NCBI GenBank assembly: GCA_965657355.1
Contig: CBFHOE010000007.1
Coordinates: 192,001 to 256,000, forward strand
Length of the DNA: 64,000 bases
Direction: 5' to 3'
Source: Limisphaerales bacterium
GTDB lineage: Bacteria > Verrucomicrobiota > Verrucomicrobiia > Limisphaerales > JAJOIW01
Below are positions 1-9,785 of the stretch, one piece after another (position 1 is the first letter of the stretch; every line of letters starts with the position of its first letter). The notes beneath the pieces are model-generated. The model made no database searches, was not told the DNA's origin, and was given only the letters and a program-made list of their open reading frames with translations. Position numbers and translations under genes: made by a program.

Positions 1-1138
1 CCGGCATAGGAGTCATCCAAAATTTGGACATATTTTTTGGCTCAATATTGTCAAAGTGCCACTTGGCAAAATCTAATAAGGATCTCCAATCATCCATATT
101 TGAATCATGTTTTCCTCTTCTGTAAACCAAGGCATTTCTTGAAACTGGTTTACCTAAAAATTCATAAACTTCTCGTGCAGCCATACTTGTTACTTGCGTT
201 CCCCAAGGATTAGCAAAGAGATCATCCAAAGATTCTGTGCAAAGCAATGCACGTGGAGCAATTAAGGCTTTTAAAAAATGTTGATCGAATGGAAGTTTAT
301 CTTCTCTTCCTCCGAACTGTTTTATCCTGTCGCTATACCAATGAGGTTTATCATTCATGCCGATGGACTCGGCACCAGGACCAAGTATCCTACTTGCCCC
401 TGCTCCTCCAGCGCCTGAACCATTGGGCACGACTAAATTAAAGCGATCATCGAGGGCACCCGCCAAAAGGGCCATCTTCCCTCCCCGAGAATGACCTGTT
501 ATAGCAATACGGTTCAAATCAATATCATTTCTTGATTCGAGGTAATCCACGACACGCATTCCACCCCATGCCCATACGGCCAGAGTTGCCCAATCGAACT
601 CGGGGTAAGCCCTCTGGGCTGGCCCTACAACATCCTTTTTATCTGGATCAAGATCGTGCCTTGCATATTCTATAAAAGCATAGCCATTCTCTAAAAACAT
701 GGGTATCGCTTGAGTCCGACCTAAAGTCCCTTCCTCCCGGATAACAACTGGAAATGGTTTTTCATCTGAGTCTGGCAGATATAAAACCATACGCATACTG
801 AGTTTATGTTTTGAATCTATAACGAGTGTGATCCAGTGTTCGTCCCCTTTTTCACTTTTATGCCTTTTAACAAAATGATCTGAAACAGATACAGAATCTG
901 GTCTTGGCGGCAGGAATCCATATTGATAATGCTGGATAATCATCTTCATCTCTTCCCTTCTCGCGTCCCAATCGTCGATGTCTTGGACTTTTCGGCCGTT
1001 GGCAAATTTCAATACGTCTGGCAACCCAAAAAGGGAAGGCAGTTCATCTATACTCGTTGGCTCCCAGGATTTGACTTGAGAATAAATTGGGAGAAAAAAA
1101 GTAAAAATGAAAAATGAAATTATCCCTGATCTTTTCAT
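1..1138 (-). CDS. CE15-family (glucuronoyl esterase-like) secreted carbohydrate esterase, 3' end truncated by window edge
   Basis: Not in ORF track. Manual translation from ATG 1138 gives MKRSGIISFFIFTFFLPIYS (signal-like), LPDVLKFANG, AVWAWGGMRVVDYL, TGHSRGGK (nucleophile motif), SGAGG, LPFDQHFLKALIAPR and ANPWG, all typical CE15 motifs. Confidence 0.85.
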   Translation of the reverse strand, partial: MKRSGIISFFIFTFFLPIYSQVKSWEPTSIDELPSLFGLPDVLKFANGRKVQDIDDWDARREEMKMIIQHYQYGFLPPRPDSVSVSDHFVKRHKSEKGDEHWITLVIDSKHKLSMRMVLYLPDSDEKPFPVVIREEGTLGRTQAIPMFLENGYAFIEYARHDLDPDKKDVVGPAQRAYPEFDWATLAVWAWGGMRVVDYLESRNDIDLNRIAITGHSRGGKMALLAGALDDRFNLVVPNGSGAGGAGASRILGPGAESIGMNDKPHWYSDRIKQFGGREDKLPFDQHFLKALIAPRALLCTESLDDLFANPWGTQVTSMAAREVYEFLGKPVSRNALVYRRGKHDSNMDDWRSLLDFAKWHFDNIEPKNMSKFWMTPMP

Positions 1139-1318
1139 ATTAGTGATCGATGATTTAACCAGAGGTTACAGTAGTTGTGTATCTCGGCAAGTTTTGTCAT
1201 GGCAAAAATTATGATTTAGAGGGTATTTAAAATTGATTAAGCATGACTATATTTGAAATAATGTCATTTGATATCTTCAGCTTCACAAACCAGTTATAAA
1301 CAATTCGGGTATTTACAA

Positions 1319-2746
1319 ATGCAGAAGACTACCATGTCAATTTTAATTCTCTTATTTGGTTCCATTGTGGCTACCAATGGACAAACACAAGGTGGTATGG
1401 TGCCTTTATCAGGCAATTTGGAACCCTGGCAGGAAAACCCATGGTATTGGAGCTTTAATGGCGCCCCGATACTACTTGTCGGGGGAAGTGATGATGACAA
1501 TCTTTTTCAGTGGCCAAAAGAAAAACTACTTACCCAATTAGATAAAATAAAAAGTGCTGGAGGAAACTTCGTTAGAAATACAATGAGTGACAGGAAGGAT
1601 GGCGGCTTTGAAGTCTATCCATTCCTAAAATTAATCCATGAAAAATATGATCTCGACAGATGGAATCCGGAATACTGGGATCGATTCGAGTTTTTTTTGA
1701 AAGAAACTGCCCGCAGGCACATTTTTGTTCAGCTTGAGATTTGGGATCGATTCGATTTCACGGATAACCGCAAAGATGATCCTAGGAGATGGGAGTCTCA
1801 TCCATATGCGCCTGAGAATAATGTTAACTATACAGCCAAAGAAACAGGGTTGAAACCAAGATACCCTAATCATCCCGGAGCAAATGATCAGCCATTCTTT
1901 TTCTCAACTCCCAAACAAAAAAATATCCAAGCTTTACTAAAATACCAAAAAGCATTTGTCAGCAAGCTTCTCGATATATCGCTTCAATTTGATCATATTT
2001 TATACTGTATGGACAATGAAACTAGCTCAGAACCTGAATGGGGAAAGTATTGGTCCCGCTTTATAAAAACCAAGGCTAAAAGCCTAAACAAAACAGTTAT
2101 GACAACTGAGATGTGGGATGATTGGGACCTCACAGCAAACAGACATAAGCAAACTCTGGATCACCCTGAACTTTACGATTTTGCGGACATTTCTCAAAAC
2201 AATCACAACAAAGGTCTCAAACACTGGGAAAATTTTATTCACGTCAGAAATTATGTGGAGAGCATAAAAATCAGACCCCTGAATACAACCAAAACATACG
2301 GGGCAACGGGTAATAAGTTCGGCCACTCAGATCAGGATGCAATCGAAAGAATGTTAAGACACCTTCTTGGTGGTGTTGCCTCAGCTAGGTTTCATCGACC
2401 TGACTCCGGTCTGGGAATAAATAACAAAGCAATCAATTGCATCAAAGCGGTGCGAAAAATCGAACAACTCATACCTTTTTGGAGTCTTGAACCGGCACAG
2501 GATATCGTTGACCATCTCCAAGAAAACCTAGCCTGTTGTGCAAGCGATGATGAGAAGGTTTGGGTCATATTCTTCGCGCAAAAAGCTGATGTTGCGATTG
2601 CATTACCAAAACCAGGAGATTACCTGATCCATTGGATCAGTATCGATTCTGGAACCTGGCTTGAGCCAACAATCCTAAATGGCTCCAAACTTAATTTGCA
2701 GACACCTAGTTTGGGGAACCAAATAGCAGTTATAAAAAGAATCTAG
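1319..2746 (+). CDS. Secreted putative glycoside hydrolase (clan GH-A-like barrel) with small C-terminal beta domain
   Basis: ORF 1268-2746; ATG 1319 or 1334 more likely. Signal peptide, WNPEYWDRF, VQLEIWD and MDNE (Asn-Glu acid/base-like motif). Family not assignable by eye. Confidence 0.55.
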   Translation: MQKTTMSILILLFGSIVATNGQTQGGMVPLSGNLEPWQENPWYWSFNGAPILLVGGSDDDNLFQWPKEKLLTQLDKIKSAGGNFVRNTMSDRKDGGFEVYPFLKLIHEKYDLDRWNPEYWDRFEFFLKETARRHIFVQLEIWDRFDFTDNRKDDPRRWESHPYAPENNVNYTAKETGLKPRYPNHPGANDQPFFFSTPKQKNIQALLKYQKAFVSKLLDISLQFDHILYCMDNETSSEPEWGKYWSRFIKTKAKSLNKTVMTTEMWDDWDLTANRHKQTLDHPELYDFADISQNNHNKGLKHWENFIHVRNYVESIKIRPLNTTKTYGATGNKFGHSDQDAIERMLRHLLGGVASARFHRPDSGLGINNKAINCIKAVRKIEQLIPFWSLEPAQDIVDHLQENLACCASDDEKVWVIFFAQKADVAIALPKPGDYLIHWISIDSGTWLEPTILNGSKLNLQTPSLGNQIAVIKRI

Positions 2747-2756
2747 ATTAAGACCG

Positions 2757-5396
2757 ATGATTATTGGAAGGCATCACAAGAATTTATTCACTATCCTGAA
2801 TCAACCACTGGCGATATGCCTTCATATAATCTTTAGTATTTCACTTGTTTACCCGAACGATTTGGTAAATGAGAATCTCAAGGAATCCTTTATTAGAACT
2901 TATTGCTATGAATGCCATGATTCAGAGATTAATGAAGGAGGTGTTAATTTCGAATCATTGAGTCCCAATCTCAATAACAGAAGCGCCTTTAATACGTGGG
3001 TAAGGGTTTTTGACAAAGTGAGCAACGGATTAATGCCTCCCCAGAAAAGCGATCAACCCAGTAAAATTGAAAGAGAGGCATTTTTATCTTCTCTTGGGAT
3101 TCAACTTAAATCAGCTGATATAAAATATAAGTCATCCTTTGGGAGGCACGGCATGCGCCGTTTGAATCGATTTGAATATGAAAATAAGATTCGTGATTTA
3201 CTAAGTGCTCCATGGCTAATTGTCGCCGACAATTTACCTGAGGACCCCATCGTTCACCACTTCACAAAAACAAGCTCGAGACTCGATATTTCCCACGTTC
3301 AGATGCAAAAATATTTCGAGGTGGCCAATCAAATACTGACCACCATTCTAAACTCTGTGGCTCACAAACCCAAAACCCAAAAATTCTACGCTCGAGAAGA
3401 AAAATCATTCAATGGCTTCCTTAGATATTATTGGGCACAATCCGCGGCCACCAGAGCAATAGTTCCACTTATTGGCACGGTGCCCGAACCGGAAGTGATT
3501 CGAGGAAATAAACCGCTTACAGTTGGAGCCTCGGACCCTATTATTCGAGAACAAGAAAGTATGGGGGTTTTTAGTGGAACTTACCAGGCGACCACTAAAT
3601 ATGATTTTACTAAAGTGAATGTTCCAATAGATGGACATTATCGCATAAATATTAAATCTTACTCCTTTACTGCGGGGCCTAATGGAAGAAGTGGGGGCGA
3701 TGATAATGGCCTTACTGGTGGAAGAGAAGCCTGGTGGAGACCAAGCAGAACAGTTGCATTTAAATCAAAGCGATCCGAACCCGTCACAATTTATTCTTTG
3801 GGACCAAGTGGTGACAGCAGATGGCTGTGTGCTTTTGATACACAACCAGATCCTTCCATTTCATCCCATTTGGTTACCCTAAAAAAAGGAGAAAAAATTC
3901 GTCCAGATGCGACTCGATTAGTCCGAACTCGCCCCGGATGGAAAGGAAACCCAAATGCGACCGAAGAAGGTGTTCCTGGTGTCGCTTTTAATTGGTTGGA
4001 AATCGAAGGTCCGATTTATAATTCTTGGCCACCTGAATCATTTCAGAAAGTTTTTGGAAACACTCCATACGAAGTTACAGATAAAAATGAGGTTGAGTTG
4101 CAGATCTCCCGTGATGATTCGCATTTACCTCGTCAAATCTTTTCCCAGTTTTTAACGATCATAAATAATGGGATCCCCCCTGAGCGTGAATCTATTGAGA
4201 AATATTTTAGAATTTACAGCAAGGCTCTCGAGTATGATTTGAGCCCTTCAAATGCCCTGATTCAAAGCCTATCTGCTGCGCTCTGTTCTCCCGACTTTTT
4301 GTTTATCTATATTGACGATGAACGACGTGAAGATCAGTTTCCCGCTGACAAACTATCCTATTTCTTATGGAATTCCCCACCTGACCCGGCACTGATAAAT
4401 GCTGATTTAGATGACCCGCATATTCTCTCTAAACAAATAGGTCGAATGGTTGAGGATCATAAATTCAAACGGTTCATAAATTCTTTTTTGGATTATTGGT
4501 TAGATCTCAGAGACATAAATGCCAATACACCTGATGCCGAATTATATCCTGATTATTATTTAGATGAATTATTGACTGAATCCTCACTTATTGAGACGCG
4601 CGCGTTTTTCGAGCATTTGATAAAAAATAACCTGAGTGCTAGTCATATAATTCACAGTGAATTCTCGTTTATTAATGAACGACTGGCGGAGCACTACAAC
4701 CTACCCCACGTTGAAGGTATAAAGCCTATTTTGACTCAACTACCAGTCGACTCGCAATATGGTGGTCTTCTTACCCAAGCATCATTAATGAGAATCACAG
4801 CCAATGGCACAACTACTTCACCTGTTATACGCGGCGCTTGGATAATGGAAAGACTATTGGGCTTAGATATTCCTCCCCCACCATCGGGGGTCGAGGCGAT
4901 CGAACCCGACACGAGGGGAGCCACTTCTATAAAAGACCAACTTGAAAAGCACAGCAACTTTAAATCCTGTAAAAACTGCCATCAGAATTTTGATCCAGTC
5001 GGTTTTGCCCTTGAATCTTTTGACGTCGCTGGTGGGTGGAGGCAAAAATACAGGGCAATAAATCAGGACTTTACAGGAAAGCCCGTGAAAGGGTTTGGAA
5101 AAAATGGACATGCGTTTAAATTCCATCACGGTATGAAGGTGGATTCATCGGGATCCGTGGGGGGAACCTTTAGGTTTAACGATGTACGTGGTTTAAAGAA
5201 ACATTTTCTCAAATCCCCGCGAACCATAGCTAAGAATCTGCTGAAGCAATTCATCATTTACTCAACAGGAGAACCTGTTTCATTCTCTGAAAGAGATGAA
5301 GTCGATTCTATTCTGGATAAGATAGAGCCTGAAAACTTTCCAATCAAAGACATGATTCTCGAACTTTGCAAAAGTCAGATTTTTCGGTCAATGTAA
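2757..5396 (+). CDS. PVC-type multi-domain cytochrome c protein (PSCyt1 + DUF1587/1595/1592/1588/1585)
   Basis: CYECH and CKNCH heme motifs, MPP, RRLNRFEYEN, LSYFLWNSPPD, GGLLTQAS, TSPVIRGAW, DPVGFALESFD. Confidence 0.9.
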   Translation: MIIGRHHKNLFTILNQPLAICLHIIFSISLVYPNDLVNENLKESFIRTYCYECHDSEINEGGVNFESLSPNLNNRSAFNTWVRVFDKVSNGLMPPQKSDQPSKIEREAFLSSLGIQLKSADIKYKSSFGRHGMRRLNRFEYENKIRDLLSAPWLIVADNLPEDPIVHHFTKTSSRLDISHVQMQKYFEVANQILTTILNSVAHKPKTQKFYAREEKSFNGFLRYYWAQSAATRAIVPLIGTVPEPEVIRGNKPLTVGASDPIIREQESMGVFSGTYQATTKYDFTKVNVPIDGHYRINIKSYSFTAGPNGRSGGDDNGLTGGREAWWRPSRTVAFKSKRSEPVTIYSLGPSGDSRWLCAFDTQPDPSISSHLVTLKKGEKIRPDATRLVRTRPGWKGNPNATEEGVPGVAFNWLEIEGPIYNSWPPESFQKVFGNTPYEVTDKNEVELQISRDDSHLPRQIFSQFLTIINNGIPPERESIEKYFRIYSKALEYDLSPSNALIQSLSAALCSPDFLFIYIDDERREDQFPADKLSYFLWNSPPDPALINADLDDPHILSKQIGRMVEDHKFKRFINSFLDYWLDLRDINANTPDAELYPDYYLDELLTESSLIETRAFFEHLIKNNLSASHIIHSEFSFINERLAEHYNLPHVEGIKPILTQLPVDSQYGGLLTQASLMRITANGTTTSPVIRGAWIMERLLGLDIPPPPSGVEAIEPDTRGATSIKDQLEKHSNFKSCKNCHQNFDPVGFALESFDVAGGWRQKYRAINQDFTGKPVKGFGKNGHAFKFHHGMKVDSSGSVGGTFRFNDVRGLKKHFLKSPRTIAKNLLKQFIIYSTGEPVSFSERDEVDSILDKIEPENFPIKDMILELCKSQIFRSM

Positions 5397-5481
5397 TCTC
5401 ATTTTTAAAAAGATATTCAGAATTATTTGAAATTGATATGATTGAGATGCTTATTTTGGAAATAACTTTAGCAATAGCATT

Positions 5482-6771
5482 ATGAAGATTAGGAGACGTC
5501 AATTTTTGCAAAGTGCGGGCATTTTATTTGCACTGCCGGTTTTGGAGTCAGCTCCCATGGCAAATGCTAAAAAAAGTGATAGACATGAGCTGGGTCGGCC
5601 TGCCCGGATGATTGGAATTTGTAACAATCTGGGTATTTTACCCAATCACTTCTTTCCTGAGACAGCCGGGAAAGACTATGAACTTTCAGAATATTTAAAA
5701 AAACTTAGCTCTTTCAAAAATAAGTTTACTGTATTGAGTGGGGTCTCGCATCCGGGTGTCGATGGCTCTCATGCTTCAGATGTCTCATTTCTTACAGCAG
5801 CCCCTCACCCAGGAAGTGGAGGTTTTCGAAACTCCGTATCCTTGGACCAATACATTGCTTCTAAAATTGGTCACCAAACCAGATTTCCATCGTTTACCCT
5901 CGGAGTAAACGCCAAACCCGGACGCAGAAGTCTCTCCTGGACCAGCGGGGGCGTACTTATACCTTGTGAAAATAAAGCCTCAGAAATTTATAAAAAACTT
6001 TTTATCTCAGGATCTAAAGACGAGGTCAGAAATCAAATCCACAGGCTAAAGCTTGGCCAAAGCATCATGGATAGCCTAAGCGAACAATCTAAAAATATTT
6101 TAAAAAAGGTATCGATAAGAGATAGAGATAAATTAGATCAATATATGACTTCCGTGCGGGAGGTAGAGAAGAGATTACTCCAAGCCGAAGAGTGGGAAAA
6201 AAAACCAAAACCACAAACATCGGAACCATTACCAAAGGATCCCTCAAATCCAAATCAATATATGGAAAAAACTCGGCTCATGTATAAAATGGCGAAGCTA
6301 GCATTTGAGACAGATTCGACACGAAGCATTTCGCTACTATTAGACAGCACAAATTCACCTGCTATCAAAGTTGAAGGAACCAACATCACTGATGGTTATC
6401 ACAATTTGTCTCACCATGGAAGAAATGAATCTAAATTATCCCAGTTGAAAGCCATTGATAATCTTCATATGACCCTTTTAAATGAATTTTTAACTGATTT
6501 GCATTCTACATCAGAGCAAGACTCCAACCTATTAGATCAATCGCTTGTTTTTTATGGAAGTAACCTGGGTGATGCTAACAAGCATACAACAGAGAATATG
6601 CCCGCCTTGATTGCCGGAGGACGACTCAAACATGCAGGCCATTTATCATTTGATAAAAACAATAATTACCCACTTACGAACCTTTTTGTCACAATGCTCC
6701 AAGCTATGGGTATCAATGAGGAAAAATTTGCAACATCTACAGGTGCAATGAAAGGATTGAGCATTGCTTAA
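5482..6771 (+). CDS. DUF1552 (HXXSHH) family protein, Tat-exported
   Basis: RRRQFL twin-arginine signal, LPVLES, YHNLSHH motif; canonical position after a DUF1592 gene. Confidence 0.9.
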   Translation: MKIRRRQFLQSAGILFALPVLESAPMANAKKSDRHELGRPARMIGICNNLGILPNHFFPETAGKDYELSEYLKKLSSFKNKFTVLSGVSHPGVDGSHASDVSFLTAAPHPGSGGFRNSVSLDQYIASKIGHQTRFPSFTLGVNAKPGRRSLSWTSGGVLIPCENKASEIYKKLFISGSKDEVRNQIHRLKLGQSIMDSLSEQSKNILKKVSIRDRDKLDQYMTSVREVEKRLLQAEEWEKKPKPQTSEPLPKDPSNPNQYMEKTRLMYKMAKLAFETDSTRSISLLLDSTNSPAIKVEGTNITDGYHNLSHHGRNESKLSQLKAIDNLHMTLLNEFLTDLHSTSEQDSNLLDQSLVFYGSNLGDANKHTTENMPALIAGGRLKHAGHLSFDKNNNYPLTNLFVTMLQAMGINEEKFATSTGAMKGLSIA

Positions 6772-7587
6772 TCAGGCGACCCCATGGCCTAAAATTTCAA
6801 CAGACATGGAGTAACCCATTGCCCCTTTTTTAAGGAGTGCACTTTTCCCGAAAGCTTTCTGGATATTTGCGATATTTAAGGTTTTATTAATGGGGCCTTG
6901 GGCAAGACAACGGCCTTTATTTAAAAATAATACATGGGTAAAAAATGGCCGAATTTCTTCAACGTGATGAGTGACAAATATAATTGGAGGAGCCAGTTTC
7001 TTTTCTGATAGACGGTTTAGAAATAATAAAAATTTTTCACGTGAAACTGGGTCTAATCCAGCACAGGGTTCGTCTAAAATCAAAACCGCTGGTTGAGCCA
7101 TTAGGGCGCGCCCGATGAGTACTCTTTGACGCTCACCTTGACTGAGAACAGACCAAGGATTGTTTTCCAATCTTGATATTCCTAGTTTTTTAAGCAGAGA
7201 ACGAGATGACTTAACGAGGTCGTCAGAAAGATTTTCAATTCGGCAATCGATTTGAGCTTCTTTTCCACCTGCAACAATTTCTATGGCAAGTTCTTCTTGA
7301 ACCATAAGTTTCTGTAAGGAGGAGCCAACAAAACCGATTTTCTTTCGCATTTCTCTCCAATCGTAGTTTCCATACAATTCGCCCAGCACAAAAATATCCC
7401 CTTTGGTCGCCTGTAGGTATCCCGTTAGAGTGCTTAACAATGATGTCTTACCTGAACCGTTTGGACCAAGAACCACCCAATTCTCGCCTGGTAAAACGGA
7501 CCAGTTGACATCCCTCAGAAGCCACCTCTCATCTCGCTGAATACTTAGACCGGAGATGGAAAGAACTGGCTTAAATTCCTCACCCAT
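6772..7587 (-). CDS. ABC transporter ATP-binding protein (ModF/YlmA-like), orphan
   Basis: Walker A GPNGSGKT, LSQGERQR signature, ILDEP, VTHH. Confidence 0.9.
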   Translation of the reverse strand: MGEEFKPVLSISGLSIQRDERWLLRDVNWSVLPGENWVVLGPNGSGKTSLLSTLTGYLQATKGDIFVLGELYGNYDWREMRKKIGFVGSSLQKLMVQEELAIEIVAGGKEAQIDCRIENLSDDLVKSSRSLLKKLGISRLENNPWSVLSQGERQRVLIGRALMAQPAVLILDEPCAGLDPVSREKFLLFLNRLSEKKLAPPIIFVTHHVEEIRPFFTHVLFLNKGRCLAQGPINKTLNIANIQKAFGKSALLKKGAMGYSMSVEILGHGVA

Positions 7588-7613
7588 AGAAATAATTATA
7601 TCGTTAGTAACGA
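7588..7613 (-). promoter_or_regulatory. -10 box TATAAT 7 nt before ATG, with adjacent 13-bp palindrome
   Basis: Minus strand reads tcgttactaacga-TATAAT-tatttct-ATG. Confidence 0.5.
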
Positions 7614-7627
7614 GATTTTATTCATGA

Positions 7628-8530
7628 TTAGAATCTAATTTTTCCTGGAAGATATTCATCAATCAAATCTTCGTAGTATGGTCGCAATTCTTTGAGATTT
7701 GGAGGATTATGGCTTTTTGTATAAAGATCGTAGGGATTGAATTTTCTCACCCACTCTAGCATCTCTCTATCCTTTTCATTTGTAAGATGTGTATAGGCAT
7801 TTTCTTTATGCCATGGATAGAAGGAATGGTACCGGATCATATAAAGCGCCGGATCTGGTAGTTTAGAGTCTTTTACCACGTGGTATAAATACTCATCATG
7901 GCCCCACGACATGGTGACATTATCAAGGCCACAGCCTTTTTCGTAGATTCCGTAATCGCTCTGGTAGTCTTTGATATTGATGTCAGGGTTATGATCAAAA
8001 AACTGATGAAAGACAATAGATTCTGAAAACCGGCAACCGAGCGGATAGGTATCCCCGACGACGGCCCATTGTGGTTCGTCAAATAGGCACAGTATTTTCC
8101 CCAAGTCGTGGATCAATCCGGTGAGGACGAACCAGCGTGGATGACCATCAGCACGAATTTCCTCAGACGTTTGTAGAAGGTGGTCCAGTTGAGACAAGTC
8201 TGTGTCTGGGTCACTGTCATCAATCAATGTGTTCAAGAAATCCAAGGCTTCCCAGATTGTCATTTCCCGACGATTACGCTTTGTAAATTCCTCTCTTTTA
8301 TCTCGAGAAAAAGCTAAAGTTTGGTAGGTATGATTGAGTTTATAAAACTCTTTTACCGTCGAACGAGCCTCTTTGTCGTAATCCCTGAATTCCTCCGATT
8401 TTTTGTTAGGGTCGGTTGCCTTGAAATTTTCTTGTGATTCATCCGGGTACCGCTCTTTTAAGTGATCTTCCCATTCATCAAGCGATTCAAGGGGGGCAGA
8501 ATTGGGCTTGTTTGAGTTGTGCTCGACCAT
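7628..8530 (-). CDS. myo-Inositol oxygenase (MIOX) family diiron enzyme
   Basis: [55 protein letters not shown] 8530 preferred over GTG 8575. Confidence 0.93.
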   Translation of the reverse strand: MVEHNSNKPNSAPLESLDEWEDHLKERYPDESQENFKATDPNKKSEEFRDYDKEARSTVKEFYKLNHTYQTLAFSRDKREEFTKRNRREMTIWEALDFLNTLIDDSDPDTDLSQLDHLLQTSEEIRADGHPRWFVLTGLIHDLGKILCLFDEPQWAVVGDTYPLGCRFSESIVFHQFFDHNPDINIKDYQSDYGIYEKGCGLDNVTMSWGHDEYLYHVVKDSKLPDPALYMIRYHSFYPWHKENAYTHLTNEKDREMLEWVRKFNPYDLYTKSHNPPNLKELRPYYEDLIDEYLPGKIRF

Positions 8531-8535
8531 GAGAA

Positions 8536-8564
8536 AATTTCTCCAGAAATTATCTCTGGAGCAA
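8536..8564 (-). promoter_or_regulatory. Candidate MIOX promoter with inverted repeat in the spacer
   Basis: TTGCTC-N17-GAAATT-N5-ATG on minus strand; CTCCAGA-N7-TCTGGAG at 8541-8561. Confidence 0.35.
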
Positions 8565-8618
8565 GAAAATTCCACCTCTTTTTTACCTCTTTAATTTATG
8601 ATATGATACCACCAACAA

Positions 8619-9785
8619 ATGGGAAACATGGAGGAATTGAATTTACCAGATAAGATTATGGCTGAAGATCCCCCAGTCAGGCCGACACGGTTAGAAATTT
8701 CCCTGCCGCAAGTAGCACAAAACCTTCACGCCATTAGGCAGCGCGTCGGTCAAATAAAAGTAATGGGCGTGGTAAAAGCCAATGCGTATGGGCACGGCAT
8801 TGTGGAGGTAGCTAAATATCTGGAAAAAAAATCTATCGACTACCTGGGAGTTGCGATTTTGGAGGAAGGCATTGCGCTGAGAAAATCGGGTATTTGCAGC
8901 CCAATTCTTGTGTTTGGTAGCCCGATTGCCGAACAAATCCCATATTTTCTAAAGTATAACCTCACTATCACTGCCCCGTCAGTCGAAAAACTGAACCTCA
9001 TTAATCAAGCTGCAGAACAGCTCAATACAAAGGCTAAAGTCCACCTTAAAATAGATACAGGAATGGAGAGAATTGGGACTCATTGGTATTCTTCAGAGCA
9101 ATTTTTAGAAGCTAGTGTGGGTTTTCCGTCCCTAGAGGTGACAGGTATCTATTCCCACTTCGCGAACGCAGATGTCAAAAGTGATTCTCTTAATGTTTTG
9201 CAAATCGAAAGATTTCTTGAAGCCCTTTCTTTTTATCCCAAGAAAGGGCTGCCGATGCCAATGCGACACATTGCGAATTCTGGGGCTATTTTACACTTTG
9301 AGGAAAGCTTCCTGGATATGGTTCGGCCTGGTATGCTTCTTTATGGACAGTATCCCAGCAATGAGTGTGAACAATCCATTTTGGTATCACCAGCTATGTC
9401 ATGGAAAACATCGGTGAACTATTTTAAGGTTGTCGCCGCAGAATCGCCTGTCAGCTATGGAGCAACATGGCAAAGCGACAAGCCGATAAGAATGGTAACG
9501 ATACCTGTGGGTTACGGGGATGGATTTCCTTTGTCATTTTCAAACAAAGCCGAAGTAATCATACGAGGACACAAATTTCAAGTCGCAGGAAAAGTGTGTA
9601 TGGACCAAACAATGATCAACATTAAGGATGGTTCAGCATACAATGGAGATGAGGTCGTTCTCCTAGGGGATCAAAATGGGGAATCCATTTCTGTTTCAGA
9701 TTTGGCGAATTGGGGAAACACAACACCTTATGAAATACTAGCCACTATGAACCAACGCTTACCAAGAGTATACATCAATAACTAA
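8619..9785 (+). CDS. alr: Alanine racemase
   Basis: VVKANAYGHG (PLP Lys), HLKIDTGMER, SHFA, VSYG, GYGDG, VCMDQ, YEIL. Confidence 0.95.
   Translation: MGNMEELNLPDKIMAEDPPVRPTRLEISLPQVAQNLHAIRQRVGQIKVMGVVKANAYGHGIVEVAKYLEKKSIDYLGVAILEEGIALRKSGICSPILVFGSPIAEQIPYFLKYNLTITAPSVEKLNLINQAAEQLNTKAKVHLKIDTGMERIGTHWYSSEQFLEASVGFPSLEVTGIYSHFANADVKSDSLNVLQIERFLEALSFYPKKGLPMPMRHIANSGAILHFEESFLDMVRPGMLLYGQYPSNECEQSILVSPAMSWKTSVNYFKVVAAESPVSYGATWQSDKPIRMVTIPVGYGDGFPLSFSNKAEVIIRGHKFQVAGKVCMDQTMINIKDGSAYNGDEVVLLGDQNGESISVSDLANWGNTTPYEILATMNQRLPRVYINN

Noticed and set aside
247..1117. Two 64-aa plus-strand ORFs
   Set aside because: Antisense shadows of the CE15 gene.
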